A stretch of DNA of 64,000 bases from the NCBI GenBank assembly GCA_965153285.1, contig OZ229116.1. One strand, 5' to 3'. Under the pieces are notes generated by a model. The model saw only the letters and a list, made by a program, of their open reading frames with translations, searched no databases and was not told where the DNA came from. Every line of letters starts with the position of its first letter. Position 1 is the stretch's first letter. Both the position numbers and the translations under genes were made by a program. Below, in pieces: positions 36,750 through 49,374 of this stretch. Source of the stretch: Podarcis tiliguerta. Lineage: Eukaryota.

Positions 36750-38864
36750 CAGTACAAGGCAACTTGCTATGCTTTTATGTTCGTATGAAGGCAACACTGA
36801 AACAAAGGGCATTCCCAGCTTTACAGTGATTCCAAATCTGATTACTGTATAAATTAAACCTTTGAGCATGACTTGGTCTACTAGACACTCTCTTTCACAA
36901 GCAACATTCTCACTTCGCTGCTTTTAAAAAAATGATATTACTATGGACTGATCCAACAATAAAGTTTCACTCTCCCTTGCTTTGTTTGCACGAGTGAATT
37001 AGTAACTCTGCCCTTGTGCGGCTGAATATGCACAAATTGAAAGTCTCCCATCGCCCGACTTAACCTCCAGCTCTTTAACAGGCCACAGCTTGCTAATCAA
37101 ACAATTTCATTTTATAATGCCCATTTCCCCCATTATGCAGTGTACGTGTTGGTGGCTGTATTGCTACCTCTCTGCTATTGAATTGGAGCATAATGCCTCA
37201 TTTGCTTTGGAGAGCCCACGCATATACTTAAAAAGCCAGCCTACAGCCTCTGAGCAATATCATCCTTTCTCTCCTTGGCTCATAAAGAAAACTGATATCT
37301 ACATGTGCACATTCATAGGGGTCCTAGCAAGAAGGAGAGAACGATAGCTGAAAAGCAAGCATTTAGGAGAGACGCAGACAGGCAGGGAAACCAGCACAAT
37401 ATGAGTAGGAACAAATGAAAGTGTTTTCAGAAATGCTGGGGAGGGTGAAATGGGAAGAGCAGGAAGAGAGAAAGGAAACGCCTAGATCATTTGGGGGGTT
37501 GGCTGTGCCCACCACAGGCTCCAGCCCCTGCCCATCACCAACAAATGCCCCCCCCACTAGATTACCCCCAATGAAATAGGAACATAGCAAGCTGCCGTTA
37601 TTGTCTATGCTGATTGACAGGGGCTCTCAAGGGCTTCAGTAAGCAGATAGGTGATCACACATATGCCTCAACTTATAATGCTTTACTAGCATGTTAGGCT
37701 TAAATGCATTTGAAATCATCATAGTTATTCTGCTGCCATTCATTGAGTCTGCAGTCATTAAAAGCTTTATGAGCACATATGACCAAGCCCTTTGTAGTGT
37801 CTGATGTCCCTGGCCTCATATTAATATCCTCCAACATATGTACATGCACAGCCCACAAAAACACATGTTTGGGGGCACCACATGAGTATTCCTCCATTTT
37901 TATTTTTATTTTTAAAAAAGATCCATGAACATAGAAAACAGTACTGTATGTCAAAGGAATTATGTGAGAGCCACATGTTCTTGGCCACTTTGACAGACAC
38001 ATGGGGACTCTCAGTGTCCCTAGGGGAATCAATGCAATCAAACATCCCTTTCTCTGTGTCTCTCTCCCCACAGGGTGTCACATGAAAGAATCACCCAGCA
38101 TCTCTCCCACATGGTGCAAAGTGTAAATCCATCCTTTGCCATGTAAACTCTCAGAGTTCTTGTAATTAGCCTTATTACTGGGTCAACTCAACATGGATAG
38201 ACATTCAAAGATATTCAGAGTCGTTGGCTTAGGATGGAGAGAAGGGAGAGATATCTCCTATGGATTTGGGAGAGATTCTTCTTTGTGAAAGGGGAGAAAT
38301 GAGCAGTTAAAGGGTTTGTCCTCCCTTCTTAATGTTGACATGGATCAATTCTGAAGGACTATGGCACATTTGACCCTCGGGATCTCTCCGCATTGTCGTT
38401 CAGCTGTGTCAGAGAACTCTCCCTTCCATTTATTTAAGATTACAGCCAGCAGGGCTTGTAAAAACTTACCCTTTAATGTTTGTTGCTCTTCTTTTATTCT
38501 GGATGTATTTCTTTGTAGGCGTGCAACATGTTTGATGTGTTGTCTGCTTCAAGGGCACTGACTGCATCTCCGAACTTCAAGTTGAAAAGGGAAATTAATT
38601 GCTCTTGCTTTTTCCATATATATATATATATATATATATCTTTTTGGTGTGATATCAGTGCTATTTTATGCGTTGGTATGCATGTGTGTGCACACTTGTG
38701 TGCCTACAAACACATATACATAAATATTGCATACTGCATTGCTGTAGAACCACAAAGAAATTTATCTGGAAAGAGGAAAATTCAGAAAGTTTACGTAGGT
38801 TTCTAAATAGGGCTTAAATTCTTTGCATCCCCAATCTGGAAAAGGAGCTCTTCACATAGTAGTA

Positions 38865-39062
38865 CCTATTTATTATTGCATTCATCTGACATTTCCTCCA
38901 ATGAGTTCAAGAATACTGATTCCTTTCTCACCCCTCGCAGTATCCTCACATCCCTTTGTTTATCGACATAGTAACCCTGTGAGGTAGGTTAGGCTAAGAG
39001 ATAGCCACTGGCCAAAGTGAGCTTCACGGCTGAGGGAGGATTTGACTCTGGGTCTCCCCAGA
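38865..39062 (-). mobile_element. Old MIR/Squam3-like SINE
   Basis: aaccctgtgaggtaggttaggct...gagcttcacggctgagggaggatttga. Confidence 0.6.
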
Positions 39063-39169
39063 TGTAATGCAGATGTAGATACATTCCATTCTGTATTGTG
39101 AAGCTCATCAGAATTCCGATAAAGCGGGTGCATGCACCTTTCACTGAAGATGGAACTAGTTATCTGTCT

Positions 39170-39662
39170 TGTTCTATGAGAGCTCAGGGCTAATGGAAAA
39201 TGCCTGGAAGTATTTCATCAGGAGACCAAGTCAATAGTTGGAGTCAGGAATTCAAGGCAAAAATCCACAGCAGAAACCCATGGCAGCCGGCACACCTGAA
39301 GGACCTTGGAGAGCTCCCAGGATCCTGCTAAGGCATTTACACAAACTGGTGTTTCTGTAAGCACTCCGTCAACTGAAGCTTTATATATGTCAACCAGATC
39401 CATAATGCAGTAAGCCCCACTTCTCCCAAGGAGCTGACTGGCTGTTAAAGGGCACTCACCTGTTGAGCCATATGAGCAGACAGGGGTACTGTGGCTGAGG
39501 GTCCTGAAGAAGGCCCTGGCAGTTCTTCCTCCAAGGAAGGAGCCAGTGCCTCAACCTTCTCCAAGTCTTCTATTGCACATGATTCCTGAGTCATGACTCC
39601 ACCCTCATCACAGCCTTCTAAGCTTCTATCCATGCCCATTCTCTTCATCACTCACCGTAACA
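39170..39662 (-). mobile_element. Putative degenerate solo LTR
   Basis: Minus strand starts TGTTACG; TATA-like tatataaagc (~39378-39388); acidic ORF 39445-39651; left boundary uncertain. Confidence 0.55.
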
Positions 39663-39916
39663 TGTACCCATTGTTTACATACAATGAGCAAATCCTTTAA
39701 AAAAATATGTTTGCCCCCTCCTCCAAGTGTTGGGGTTTTTTAACAAAATGATCCCCAAAACCCAGAAATGGTTTGCTACACTAGGCTTCCTATCAGTTGG
39801 GTTGCTGTTATTCAATGGGAGTGGGGAGAAGGAGGTGATCAGGAAGTCAGTGTGTGAAGGCGCACAGTTAGAGCCAATTTGGCATTCATGCTGGTGCATC
39901 ACAACCACACCAACCT

Positions 39917-40550
39917 GGTGGACTTGTACTAAGGTTAAAGCCTACTGGGATATGATATATAATGAACTGAAAAGGGTTTTTAAAAACACATTTATTTAAA
40001 AAAACCAGAGGCGTTTTTGTTGGGTATACTTGGAGAAGAAATTCCCCGAAAAGATTTTTAAAAAATTATGTATGCTACCACAGCCGCGAGGATACTTTTA
40101 GCCCAGAAATGGAAGCAGCAGGAAGTTCCAACACTGGAAGAATGGCAGACTAAAATGATGGAATGTGCAGAACTGGCGAAGCTGACGGGGAAGGTACAAA
40201 ACCAATGTGATGAACTGTTTGAAAAGGACTGGAGTAAATTTATACAATATATGAGAGAACATTATAAATATTTGAAAACACTTGCAGGTTGGAGTTAAAA
40301 TATTTTGTAGTGCTAATTTTTGGAATCTCTTTACAATTAATAAGGTAAATTTTATAAGCATGAAAGAAGGTAAATAGGTTGATATAGAAATGCTAAGTCG
40401 TAAGTGAATATTTATGAAAGCCAAGTAATGGGAGGGGAGAAGTCGAGGCTCAGTTTGAGCAAGACTATAGGTGATGTTGTGATTTTAAAGGACTGTGACT
40501 ATGGTAAAAATAATGTAAACACAATAAAAATTATTATATATAAAAAAGAG
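39917..40550 (+). mobile_element. L1 LINE, 5'-truncated (ORF2 C-terminus and 3'UTR)
   Basis: WWTCTKVKAYW...KPEAFLLG...YATTAARILLAQKWK; AATAAA and A-rich tail; 14-bp TSD aaccacaccaacct. Confidence 0.93.
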
Positions 40551-41689
40551 AACCACACCAACCTACCTGCTGCCTCTCAGCTCCCTGTATCAATAAGCAG
40601 CATCAATCCACCTGCCAGGTAGTTAGCAAAGCAATGAGCTGCATCTGCCAGCAGCATAAGGAGAGTCCCCTTTTCATTGCTGCTAAATTCATTGCCGCTA
40701 AATCATGTGACGTGTTATGGGCATTGTTGATTTTGGGATTATGAATGGAGTGTATTCTTTGCTTTTTAAATTGTGTTCTTACATGCTGTAACCTGTCCTG
40801 AGACCTTCTGATGAAGGGCAGATTAAAAAAACAAACCACCACAACAAAAACTTATTATTCTAAGTTCCTACTTGGACAAAACATCTTAAGAATTTCATAG
40901 AAATCTCAGAAAGTTTTGATCAGAGTACAGATTCCTCAGGGGAGGTTTTTGTGTGGGGTTTTTTCATCTTAATGCAAGGATAATTTCAGAGAAGCATGCT
41001 TGAGGTATGAAAAGCAACTTTCAACCAGATTTAAATGCATCGTTTCTGAAATAGGTTCTGCTGAAGACAAATGGATTTGTCAGTTTATGATTGTCACCTT
41101 AATTTTTACTTCTTTATCAAGCTTTGGAACAATTGTAAGTGAATGCCGATTGGGTTGTATGAGGGAAGCAGAAAGGGGAAGTATTAATAGCAGGAAACTG
41201 GAATGTATGAAACAAAGGAGGATAAAGTACAGAGAGAAAATCAATCTTGTGGTTGGCCGCCAGGACCTTATACTATCATGGTAATAAACACCAAAACAGT
41301 TAGCAATTTAGATATTTAGTCAAGGTCAGTGACAAGATGATTAGGCAAAGGACAAATTAGGTGGTAAATCATGCATCAGTTTAATGAGGAATAAATACAT
41401 CAAGCAATTAATTGCTTGCCAAAATATATATATACACCTTAGACTCAGTTGAACTAGGAGCAACATATATTGCCAAGCAGTTACACGTTACTTCTTTTTC
41501 TCTCTCCTTAATAGGATTGTTTTTCTCCTTACTAGGACTGTTATGAATTTGCTTGTCCTCACCTAGTCTTTATCTAATCAGTGCTCATCTAATTGGCAAA
41601 CCTATCTTATCTTGCATATATATAACAGACTAAATGCTGTGCACTTTTTATTCTTTTAGGCTGTTAGTTGCTATTGTTAGGAGTGATTT

Positions 41690-42145
41690 AGACATATCAT
41701 ATGTGGTGGACATGCAGAAAAGTCCAAGATTTTTGGAATATTGTTTATGATGAGATGAAAAAAATGTTCAAATTAACATTTTTAAAGAAACCAGAAGCCT
41801 TTCTGTAAGGACTCTTAGGTACAGACATTCCGAAAAATATAAGAGAAATCTTTTTATATGCAACAGTGGCTGCCCGGCTATTGATGGCATCTAATTGGAA
41901 AGGGGGAAAGATACAAACACTAACAGAATGGCAAATCGGTATGCTAGGTTGTAAGAAAGTATAATAAATATAAGGTAGTAATTATAAGTACATTCAAAAT
42001 CACAAATGTCAACTATATCAGGAAATGATGGGAAGTCTATATTTATTTTACTTCAGTTTGTTGTTGTTTTATTTTATTTTATGTACCATTATATTATTTT
42101 AGCTTAGCTGATATCTAAGTATAATTAGAAGGTCAAATTAAGATT
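41690..42145 (+). mobile_element. L1 ORF2 C-terminal fragment
   Basis: YHMWWTCRKVQDFW...KKPEAFL*G...YATVAARLL...W; may continue past the gap to the A-rich tail at ~42530. Confidence 0.85.
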
Positions 42146-42292
42146 NNNNNNNNNNNNNNNNNNNNNNNNNNNNNNNNNNNNNNNNNNNNNNNNNNNNNNN
42201 NNNNNNNNNNNNNNNNNNNNNNNNNNNNNNNNNNNNNNNNNNNNNNNNNNNNNNNNNNNNNNNNNNNNNNNNNNNNNNNNNNNNNNNNNNNN
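42146..42292. other. Assembly gap (N run)
   Basis: Run of n. Confidence 1.
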
Positions 42293-42422
42293 TAGCTTCG
42301 AGAACACTATCCAGCCATCTCATCCTCTGTCGTCCCCTTCTCCTTGTGCCCTCCATCTTTCCCAACATCAGGGTCTTTTCCAGGGAGTCTTCTCGTCTTC
42401 TCTTCTCATGAGGTGGCCAATA
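42293..42422 (-). mobile_element. RTE/BovB fragment abutting the gap
   Basis: RREDSLEKTLMLGKMEGTRRRGRQRMRWLDSVLEA. Confidence 0.9.
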
Positions 42423-42614
42423 TATTACACACACAATATATATATTGTATGTGTATGTGTGAAGTTAAATCTGTAATGCCATTAATGAATTTCAATAAAG
42501 ATTTTTTCCATCCAAAAAAGAAAAGAAAGAAATAGAAAAAGTAGCTGTGGACTGTGAAGAGCTGGGTGGCTTGTACTTCGCAGTCTGTGAAACTGCCCCA
42601 TGCACTGAAGTGCA

Positions 42615-43039
42615 TGTTGCAATCACTGTATGTCTCAGGTCCTAGATTGACTCCATGTTGGCTACTGGATCATTCTGGACAGGAAAGGCTATGAATGGGC
42701 TCCTTGTACAGTATGTCTCGCTCAAGCCTCTCCTGCTTATGATGTTCTTGAGTTCTTATGTGATCCTTTAGTCCTGCCTCCTTGTTTGTTCTTCAAGACT
42801 GACTAGCTGTTGGGTCCTAACTTCTGGCCTGCTCCTCAGCCTTGTCCCCATGGTTTGTCCTTTGGGCCTGACGAATCCTGACCTCTGGCATGTTTCTTGA
42901 TCTGCCTCCTGTTTCTGACACACTCTTTGCATGGGTTTGAAGTAAACAGGTAACTGTTTGCCTCTTTGCCGACCATGAGCCCCACGAACCATTGCTGAAC
43001 CTGCTGTGATGCTACAGAATGTTCACAAATATTATAACA
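42615..43039 (+). mobile_element. Possible degenerate solo LTR
   Basis: tgtt...taaca termini, pyrimidine-rich R/U5-like body, agtaaa signal; flanks tgca / ggca. Confidence 0.35.
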
Positions 43040-43858
43040 GGCAGGAGGAAGAAGAGTCATTTATACAAAGCTAGAAAGCAATGCAAACTGGGGGATTTTG
43101 ACTGAAAGAAAAAATTCACACATTATCGAGGTACAGAAGAGCTTTATGTTACTGAGTGTGGATGAGTCACGTTTTCCTTTGAGGATTAAAAATAATGAAG
43201 CGAATCTCGGGTTGAAGATATCTAGTATATTTACCATATGTTTTCCCCCCAAAGGTTAATGAAATGAAACTGGGACTATGAAGGGGGATAAACACTGGGT
43301 TTAATTTTCAATGAAGAGATAGAAGTGGGAGGGACCGAAAATAATAATTAACTGGCACTGGCACCTGGAGATATGGGCTAGTGGCTTGCATTTAGAAGAT
43401 ATTTAACAGTATAAATAAATTATGTAATTAGACTATCAGTGGAATTATTTAAAAGTGGATTACAAAGATTATCCTACTAAAAGTGAACTAATTTTTTTTT
43501 AAGGGAGAAAAATTAAACCAGTATGGTAGAGGGATTTTTTTTTAAAAAAAAAAGTAAAAAGAAACGAGACCAGCGATTAATCCACTATGCAGACAAACCA
43601 TTAAAGAACTGCATGAATTAAGCAGGCGGAAAATTAATTCAGTTATGGAATGAGTTTGATAGCAATTATTAATGAATTAATTAAGCAGTCAGTCATGTGA
43701 TCAGTAGAACAAAGAGGCAATATACAGTTGATCAATGGCCAATAGGATAACTTGATAGAGCAGCAAGACAAATACCAAGGTTTAAAGTAAAAAATTGATT
43801 GGTTTTTATAATGCTTTAACAAAAGCAGCTCCAGCAGTGGAACAAACTGCTCAGTACA

Positions 43859-44346
43859 TAGGACTGGATGGATCTGTCAATTTTGCTTCTCTCATTTTCT
43901 GAATTTTAAATGCAGTTCTCCATATTTCTGGAGCAATTTGCCCTTTTAAAAAAAACCCCACCTATGAAGCTTATTCAGCATTTTAGTGCAAATTTCCCCA
44001 AATACACACTTTGTATGCAGTTTTGACTAATGGGCACAAATATGCAAGGAGTCTTCCCCTTAATATAATGCATTTCTGTATGTTATTGTCATGAATACAT
44101 TCATATATGCATTTTTGTAAAGCTTGGTTGAAGTTCACTGTATCACAAAATTAAGAAATTTCTGAAAGACAAAACTCTACAGTGCCATATGGTGGCACAG
44201 TGTTATAACAAAATTTAAAATGCTTAAGGGGGGGGGGACCTAACATAGCTGAGTCCTGTTTTTCAGTTCTCACGGTGTTTCAAAAAGCACAAATGAAGTA
44301 GGCCTACCTTTACATGTAAGCTGAATCAAATATCTTCTCCATCCCT
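43859..44346. mobile_element. Old hAT-like non-autonomous element
   Basis: Starts taggactggatggatc and ends ctccatccct; related to 18595-18980. Confidence 0.45.
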
Positions 44347-44386
44347 GCTTGGAAGGTAATTAGAGGCTTTTAAACAGGAACTAAAA

Positions 44387-44756
44387 GGGACGCGGGTGGC
44401 GCTGTGGGTTAAACCACAGAGCCTAGGACTTGCTGATCGAAAGGTTGGCGGTTCGAATCCCCGTGGTGGGGTGAGCTCCTGTCGTTTGGTCCCAGCTCCT
44501 GCCCACCTAGCAGTTCGAAAGCACCCCTAAGTGCAAGTAGATAAATAGGGACCGCTTTCTAGTGGGAAGGTAAACAGCATTTACATGTGCGGCGCTGGTG
44601 CTGGCTCGCCAGATGCAGCTTCATCACACTGGCCACGTGACCCGGAAGTGTCTTCAGACGGTGCCGGCTCCTGGCCTCTTGAGCGAGATGAGCGCGCAAC
44701 CCTAGAGTCGGTCACGACTGGCCCTGACGGGCAGGGGTACCTTTACCTTTACCTTT
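44387..44756 (+). mobile_element. Sauria SINE
   Basis: TSD tttaaacaggaact; inserted in an old CR1 3' fragment (gaggcttttaaacaggaactggatgaccacctctc). Confidence 0.95.
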
Positions 44757-45114
44757 AAACAGGAACTGGATGACCACCTCTCAAGCATATGACAACAATC
44801 TTTCCTTCTTCAACAGGTGAACGTGGAAGTCTCTCCCATCTCTTATGAACCTAGGAAACTTAAGGTTAAGCATTTAAAATAGAATTTTGCTTTATATATA
44901 TATATATATTTAAAAACCCTTCATTCATAGGGAACATGGTGCAAACAACTGTCATTTTCAGAGGACCTGGTCTTGGGGGGCCCTGCAAAAACTTAAGTTG
45001 CTTCTGTATCTCTAAAAGGATGCTATGGACTTCTGGGGGTGGGAAAATGGTGGAGTGTTGACTGTCTCTGTTGACTGTCTGTCAATTGATATAGCTATGT
45101 TGCCTTTGAGGAGA

Positions 45115-45365
45115 GCCAGACACCAGAAAATAAGTTGGAAGAGGGATACTATGCAATCAGGACAAAGCAACCCAAATGATTAATGGGCTGGAGGAACTCC
45201 CCTATGAGGAAAGGTTGTAACAATTAGGGCCTCTAAGTTCAAAAGAAAGGTGACTGCAAGGGGCATGTTGGAGGTGTCTACAATTTTGCATTGCATAGAC
45301 AAAATGGAAAGAGTTTCTCTTCCATAACTGTAGGGCCTGAGATCATCCAAAGAATCTGAATTGCA
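45115..45365 (+). mobile_element. Degenerate CR1 ORF2 fragment
   Basis: KATQMINGLEELPYEERL...LGLLS..KRK pattern. Confidence 0.6.
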
Positions 45366-45580
45366 GGCCTTGTTGGTGCAGGCCTTTATTGATTCACATG
45401 AGTGTGAGAGATTATTGAATGGATGGGTACATTTGTGTTGTGTCTTCTTAGCTAGATTCCCAGTAAATGCCCCAGGAGAATTATAGTTTGGACTATACGA
45501 GCCTGATCTTCCATGATTCTGCATGTGTAGAGCAGGATCCTCATTGCTGAAATTCAGCTACCAGCATTTGAAAGGCTACA

Positions 45581-45700
45581 GGAGGGAGGGAGGGAGGGAG
45601 GGAGGGAGGGAGGGGGACCAGGCAGTACACTCACTTATTCCCCCCACTCTCTCCATACACACACACACACACACGGAGAGAGAGAGAGAGAGAGAGAGAG
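45581..45700. repeat. Compound microsatellites (GGGA)n, (AC)n, (AG)n
   Basis: Direct reading. Confidence 0.9.
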
Positions 45701-46398
45701 TAGTAACCATGTGTGGGAAAATACCTAAAGAGGGCTGAAGTGAGCCTTTGATAGTGAAAACTCACTGTTAGAATTCTGGAGCTCCAATGCAGAAGGAAGT
45801 ATTTAATTTCCATTGTTTTTCTTTTGTGATGGTTTGCCTGCATGGCCATAAGCAAAACCTTAGTAATATTCGGCATGCATAATGCATGTCTGTGATCTAG
45901 TTGCCAATGTATTCATATTCCAAGGGCTTCAGCAAATATGTGAATGAAGTTCTCACCACTGTGATGTGCCTGCTATATCTGGCTAACCTAATCTCTCCAG
46001 CAGAAATCCTAAATGGGGAGGGGGGTTAGCTCTGTGTAGAACTGGGTTGAGGAAATAATTTTCAGTTACCAAGCCTAGACAGCTGACCTCTCATGAAAGG
46101 AACATGGCTTGACAGTTTTAAAATGACTACACTGTGTCACAATTTCTTTCAGATGACACTGCAAAGTTCTGGTTTTAATTGCTGAAGACCTCGATGGGCA
46201 AGCAGCAGCCTAATTTCAAAAGCCCTCTGCAAACTTTCAGTTTAGACCTCTGAAAAGACCAATCCCTTTTTGCAACTGACATTGTTAGCAGTCTTGTTGC
46301 TCAATCTGTCACGGCTGTGGAATTGGCACTAGGCCTCAGCAGATGCAAGAAGAGATGATGTTAAAAACTCATATTTGCAGACTTGTATTTTGAGGATT

Positions 46399-46749
46399 GG
46401 GACGCGGGTGGCACTGTGGGTTAAACCACAGAACCTAGGACTTGCCGATCAGAAGGTCGGCGGTTTGAATCCCCGCGACGGGGTGAGCTCCCGTTGCTCG
46501 GTCCCTTCTCCTGCCAACCTAGCAGTTCAAAAGCACGACAAAGTGCAAGTAGATAAATAGGTACCGCTCTGGCAGGAAGGTAAACGGCGTTTCCGTGCAC
46601 TGCTCTGGTTCGCCAGAAGCGGCTTAGTCATGCTGGCCACATGACCCGGAAGCTGTACGCCGGCTCCCTTGGCCAATAAAGCGAGATGAGCGCCGCAACC
46701 CCTGAGTCGGTCACAACTGGACCTAATGGTCAGGGGTCCCTTTACCTTT
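46399..46749 (+). mobile_element. Sauria SINE
   Basis: TSD tattttgaggat; CpG-rich, so probably young. Confidence 0.95.
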
Positions 46750-47930
46750 ATTTTGAGGATCATAATGCTTGCCTCTAATACTATGTGTGCATTGGAACCC
46801 TAAATTTTTCTGCGGCTTGGATCTTAATCTGAACTAGAGAAGAATTCCCTTCCTTTCCCCATCATTAATTCTGCAGTGCTTTCTCTCTCATCCACTTACG
46901 TGGCTACTGCTGATGCTCCAGTAGTAAGTAAGAAGAGGGAAGACTCTGGTCCTTCTCCCTGCTGTGGCATCTGGTTTGCTGTAACACAAGCGCTGGACAT
47001 GGAAGGGGGAGCATCCTCCCTCACTTGCCCTTACTTGTCATTACTGGAATACTAGTAGCATCCAGGTAAAGCCTTGTAGCATATGGTGGGATTAGGGACT
47101 TGGGTCAAGGGGTAGCTTGGGTTTTTTGCTATTAGAAAAAAGTAGAGCTTTCCCCTGCAATTTGGGGAAAATCCATTTCTGAGCCAATCTAGTTTGATCT
47201 GAGGAGAGCTTGGCCATCATCCAGTGTGAGTGGCTTGGGCCAATGTGTAGGCCTAGGTGATTATTCAGAGCCCTTTGACTCAGAATTAAGAACACTTGCC
47301 CATTACAGCTAGTGGAGTCTAGCAGATTGGTGTAAATAGACATAGGTGATTGCTTTACTGGCTGCTCATATCACAAACGCACTAAATCCAGTTCACTCAT
47401 GTAGCAGTGTTGTCACTCCCCCTGAAATCAAGGGTGGGGTTTTTGTGTGTGTGTGTTTTTGTTTTGCAAGGGGGTGTTGTTTTGAGATGAGGCAATCCCA
47501 TTCAGCTGCAGGCCATCTTTATGGCCACATTTTCGCACACTTTCTCAGCATATTGCTACTGTAAATAATAACAGCCAAAGTGTACCTGGTGCCTATACAC
47601 CCATCACAAATCTAAGAATTCATCTGCACACCTGATTAATATTTCATGTAAGCAATTTCAGACTACTGATTAGATCTTTCAATAATTAATGCAATGTTAT
47701 TGTGGATGATTAAGGCTATTCCTTTTAATGGGAATCTCAAATCACTCCTAACACCTCCGTATAAATTCTTTATGATATCCAGCCATGCATGCATTTCAGC
47801 AAGTCTACTATGGAAAGCTTTGTAATTGCAATTCAACCAGCCCTATCATAACACACACACAAACGTGGCTGGGTTCAGATCTACATTCCAAACACTCCAA
47901 GTAACACTGCACAGGTTTGAATTTCTTTTA

Positions 47931-47966
<36 letters not shown>
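47931..47966. repeat. (AAT)n microsatellite
   Basis: Direct reading. Confidence 0.95.
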
Positions 47967-47967
<1 letters not shown>

Positions 47968-48777
47968 TCCCATTTCCCCCCTACATGGTGAGATCATTGT
48001 TCTAATTGAAAAATGAACCACATTTTGTGGAGCAGTATTTAGAACAGGCTGGTGGTATTAAGAATGGGAAGATTTCAAAGAAATCTGCAAATAGTCTTTG
48101 AAAGTGTCAATGAGAGAAGATTGTTCAGTGGAATTCTAAGCAGTGGCACAGTGACGGCAATTGGAGAATAACAGCAGCTGGGAAGTGAACATGCATCTAC
48201 CAAACTACTTTTAAAAGTTTCTCATTAAGCTTCAAACAGGATTAAAGAATGTAAAAAGAGCCTTACTAAACTAAGGATCAACCTTCATTCTTGAATTTTA
48301 TTATTTCATTCACTGTGTTTTGCTGTGTAGGTCTAAACAATAATGGTAAAAATGGTAATGATTCCTTCTGTCAGAGGCCAGCCATAGAAACATAGGATCA
48401 CAGTTCACCACCTGAGACAGTCTGTTCCACTGTCAAACAGCTTGGACCATCAGGAAATTCTTCCTAATGTTGAATCAAAATCCTATCTTGTCTAAGTTGA
48501 ATTTTGTTTGGGACCTACCCTCACACGGGGGGTGTGTGTGTTAATATATCACCTATGCAACAGGGCAGCAGATTCCCCATCCCCAGTATAGGAAAAATCA
48601 AGGAAAATCACAGGAAACAGGAAAGGGCTTAGAACAGAAGTGGAGGAACTTGTGGCTTTCTATATCTTGGTGAACCACAGTTCCCATCATCCTTGACAGT
48701 TGGCCAAGTTGGAGAGGGCTGATGGAAGATGGAGTTCAGCAGCAACTGAAGGATCATTGTTTGCCCACCCCTGACAT

Positions 48778-49374
48778 TAGAATACCGCAACACACACGTA
48801 ACTGGCTGTAAAGTAACATAACATTATATATAATAAAACTGCAATCTTCATATCAAAAAATTGCAATGCACTCAGGATACACCCTTGTTTTGCCCATTGG
48901 GTTTCTTCAGCGACAAGGTTTCCAGGAGATTTTTTCGGTAGGTTTTTTCAACCAAAATAGTCCACAGGAACGCAGAAGTTGCCAGTCAGGGTGTATCCTG
49001 AGAACTGGTCTATCATCAGCTGCCTTATTGTTACTAAGTAGTTCTGTTTGTTACACTCTCAGGACATAGGACTATGCAGAAGGCAAGTTTGTTTGTTACA
49101 CTTTTAAGACATAGGACGATGCAGAAGGAAGATATCCGTATGAAATGGCATTGCCAACAGGAACTGTACACTGTAATCATTGGACTTGACAATCTTTGGA
49201 CTAGGCTATCCTTGGACTTTACAACAATAAAACATATAGAAGGTTAATAGTAATATGATATGTTATTGCCACCAGGAACTGTGCTTTGCAATTTTTTGAT
49301 ACGACGATTACAGTTTCATTATATATAATGCTATGTTACTTTACAGCCAGTTACGTGTGTGTTGTGGTATTCTG
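48778..49374. mobile_element. Unclassified fold-back element with 94-bp inverted arms (possibly Penelope-like)
   Basis: 48778-48871 vs reverse complement of 49281-49374: 8 mismatches in 94; acat on both flanks. Confidence 0.7.

Noticed and set aside
40795-40830. ctgatgaag as a ribozyme core
   Set aside because: It is part of an L2-type 3' tail, with no GAAA or stems.
43070-43800. Possible highly decayed L1 ORF2
   Set aside because: A-rich with Trp-like codons, but no motif I can align with confidence.
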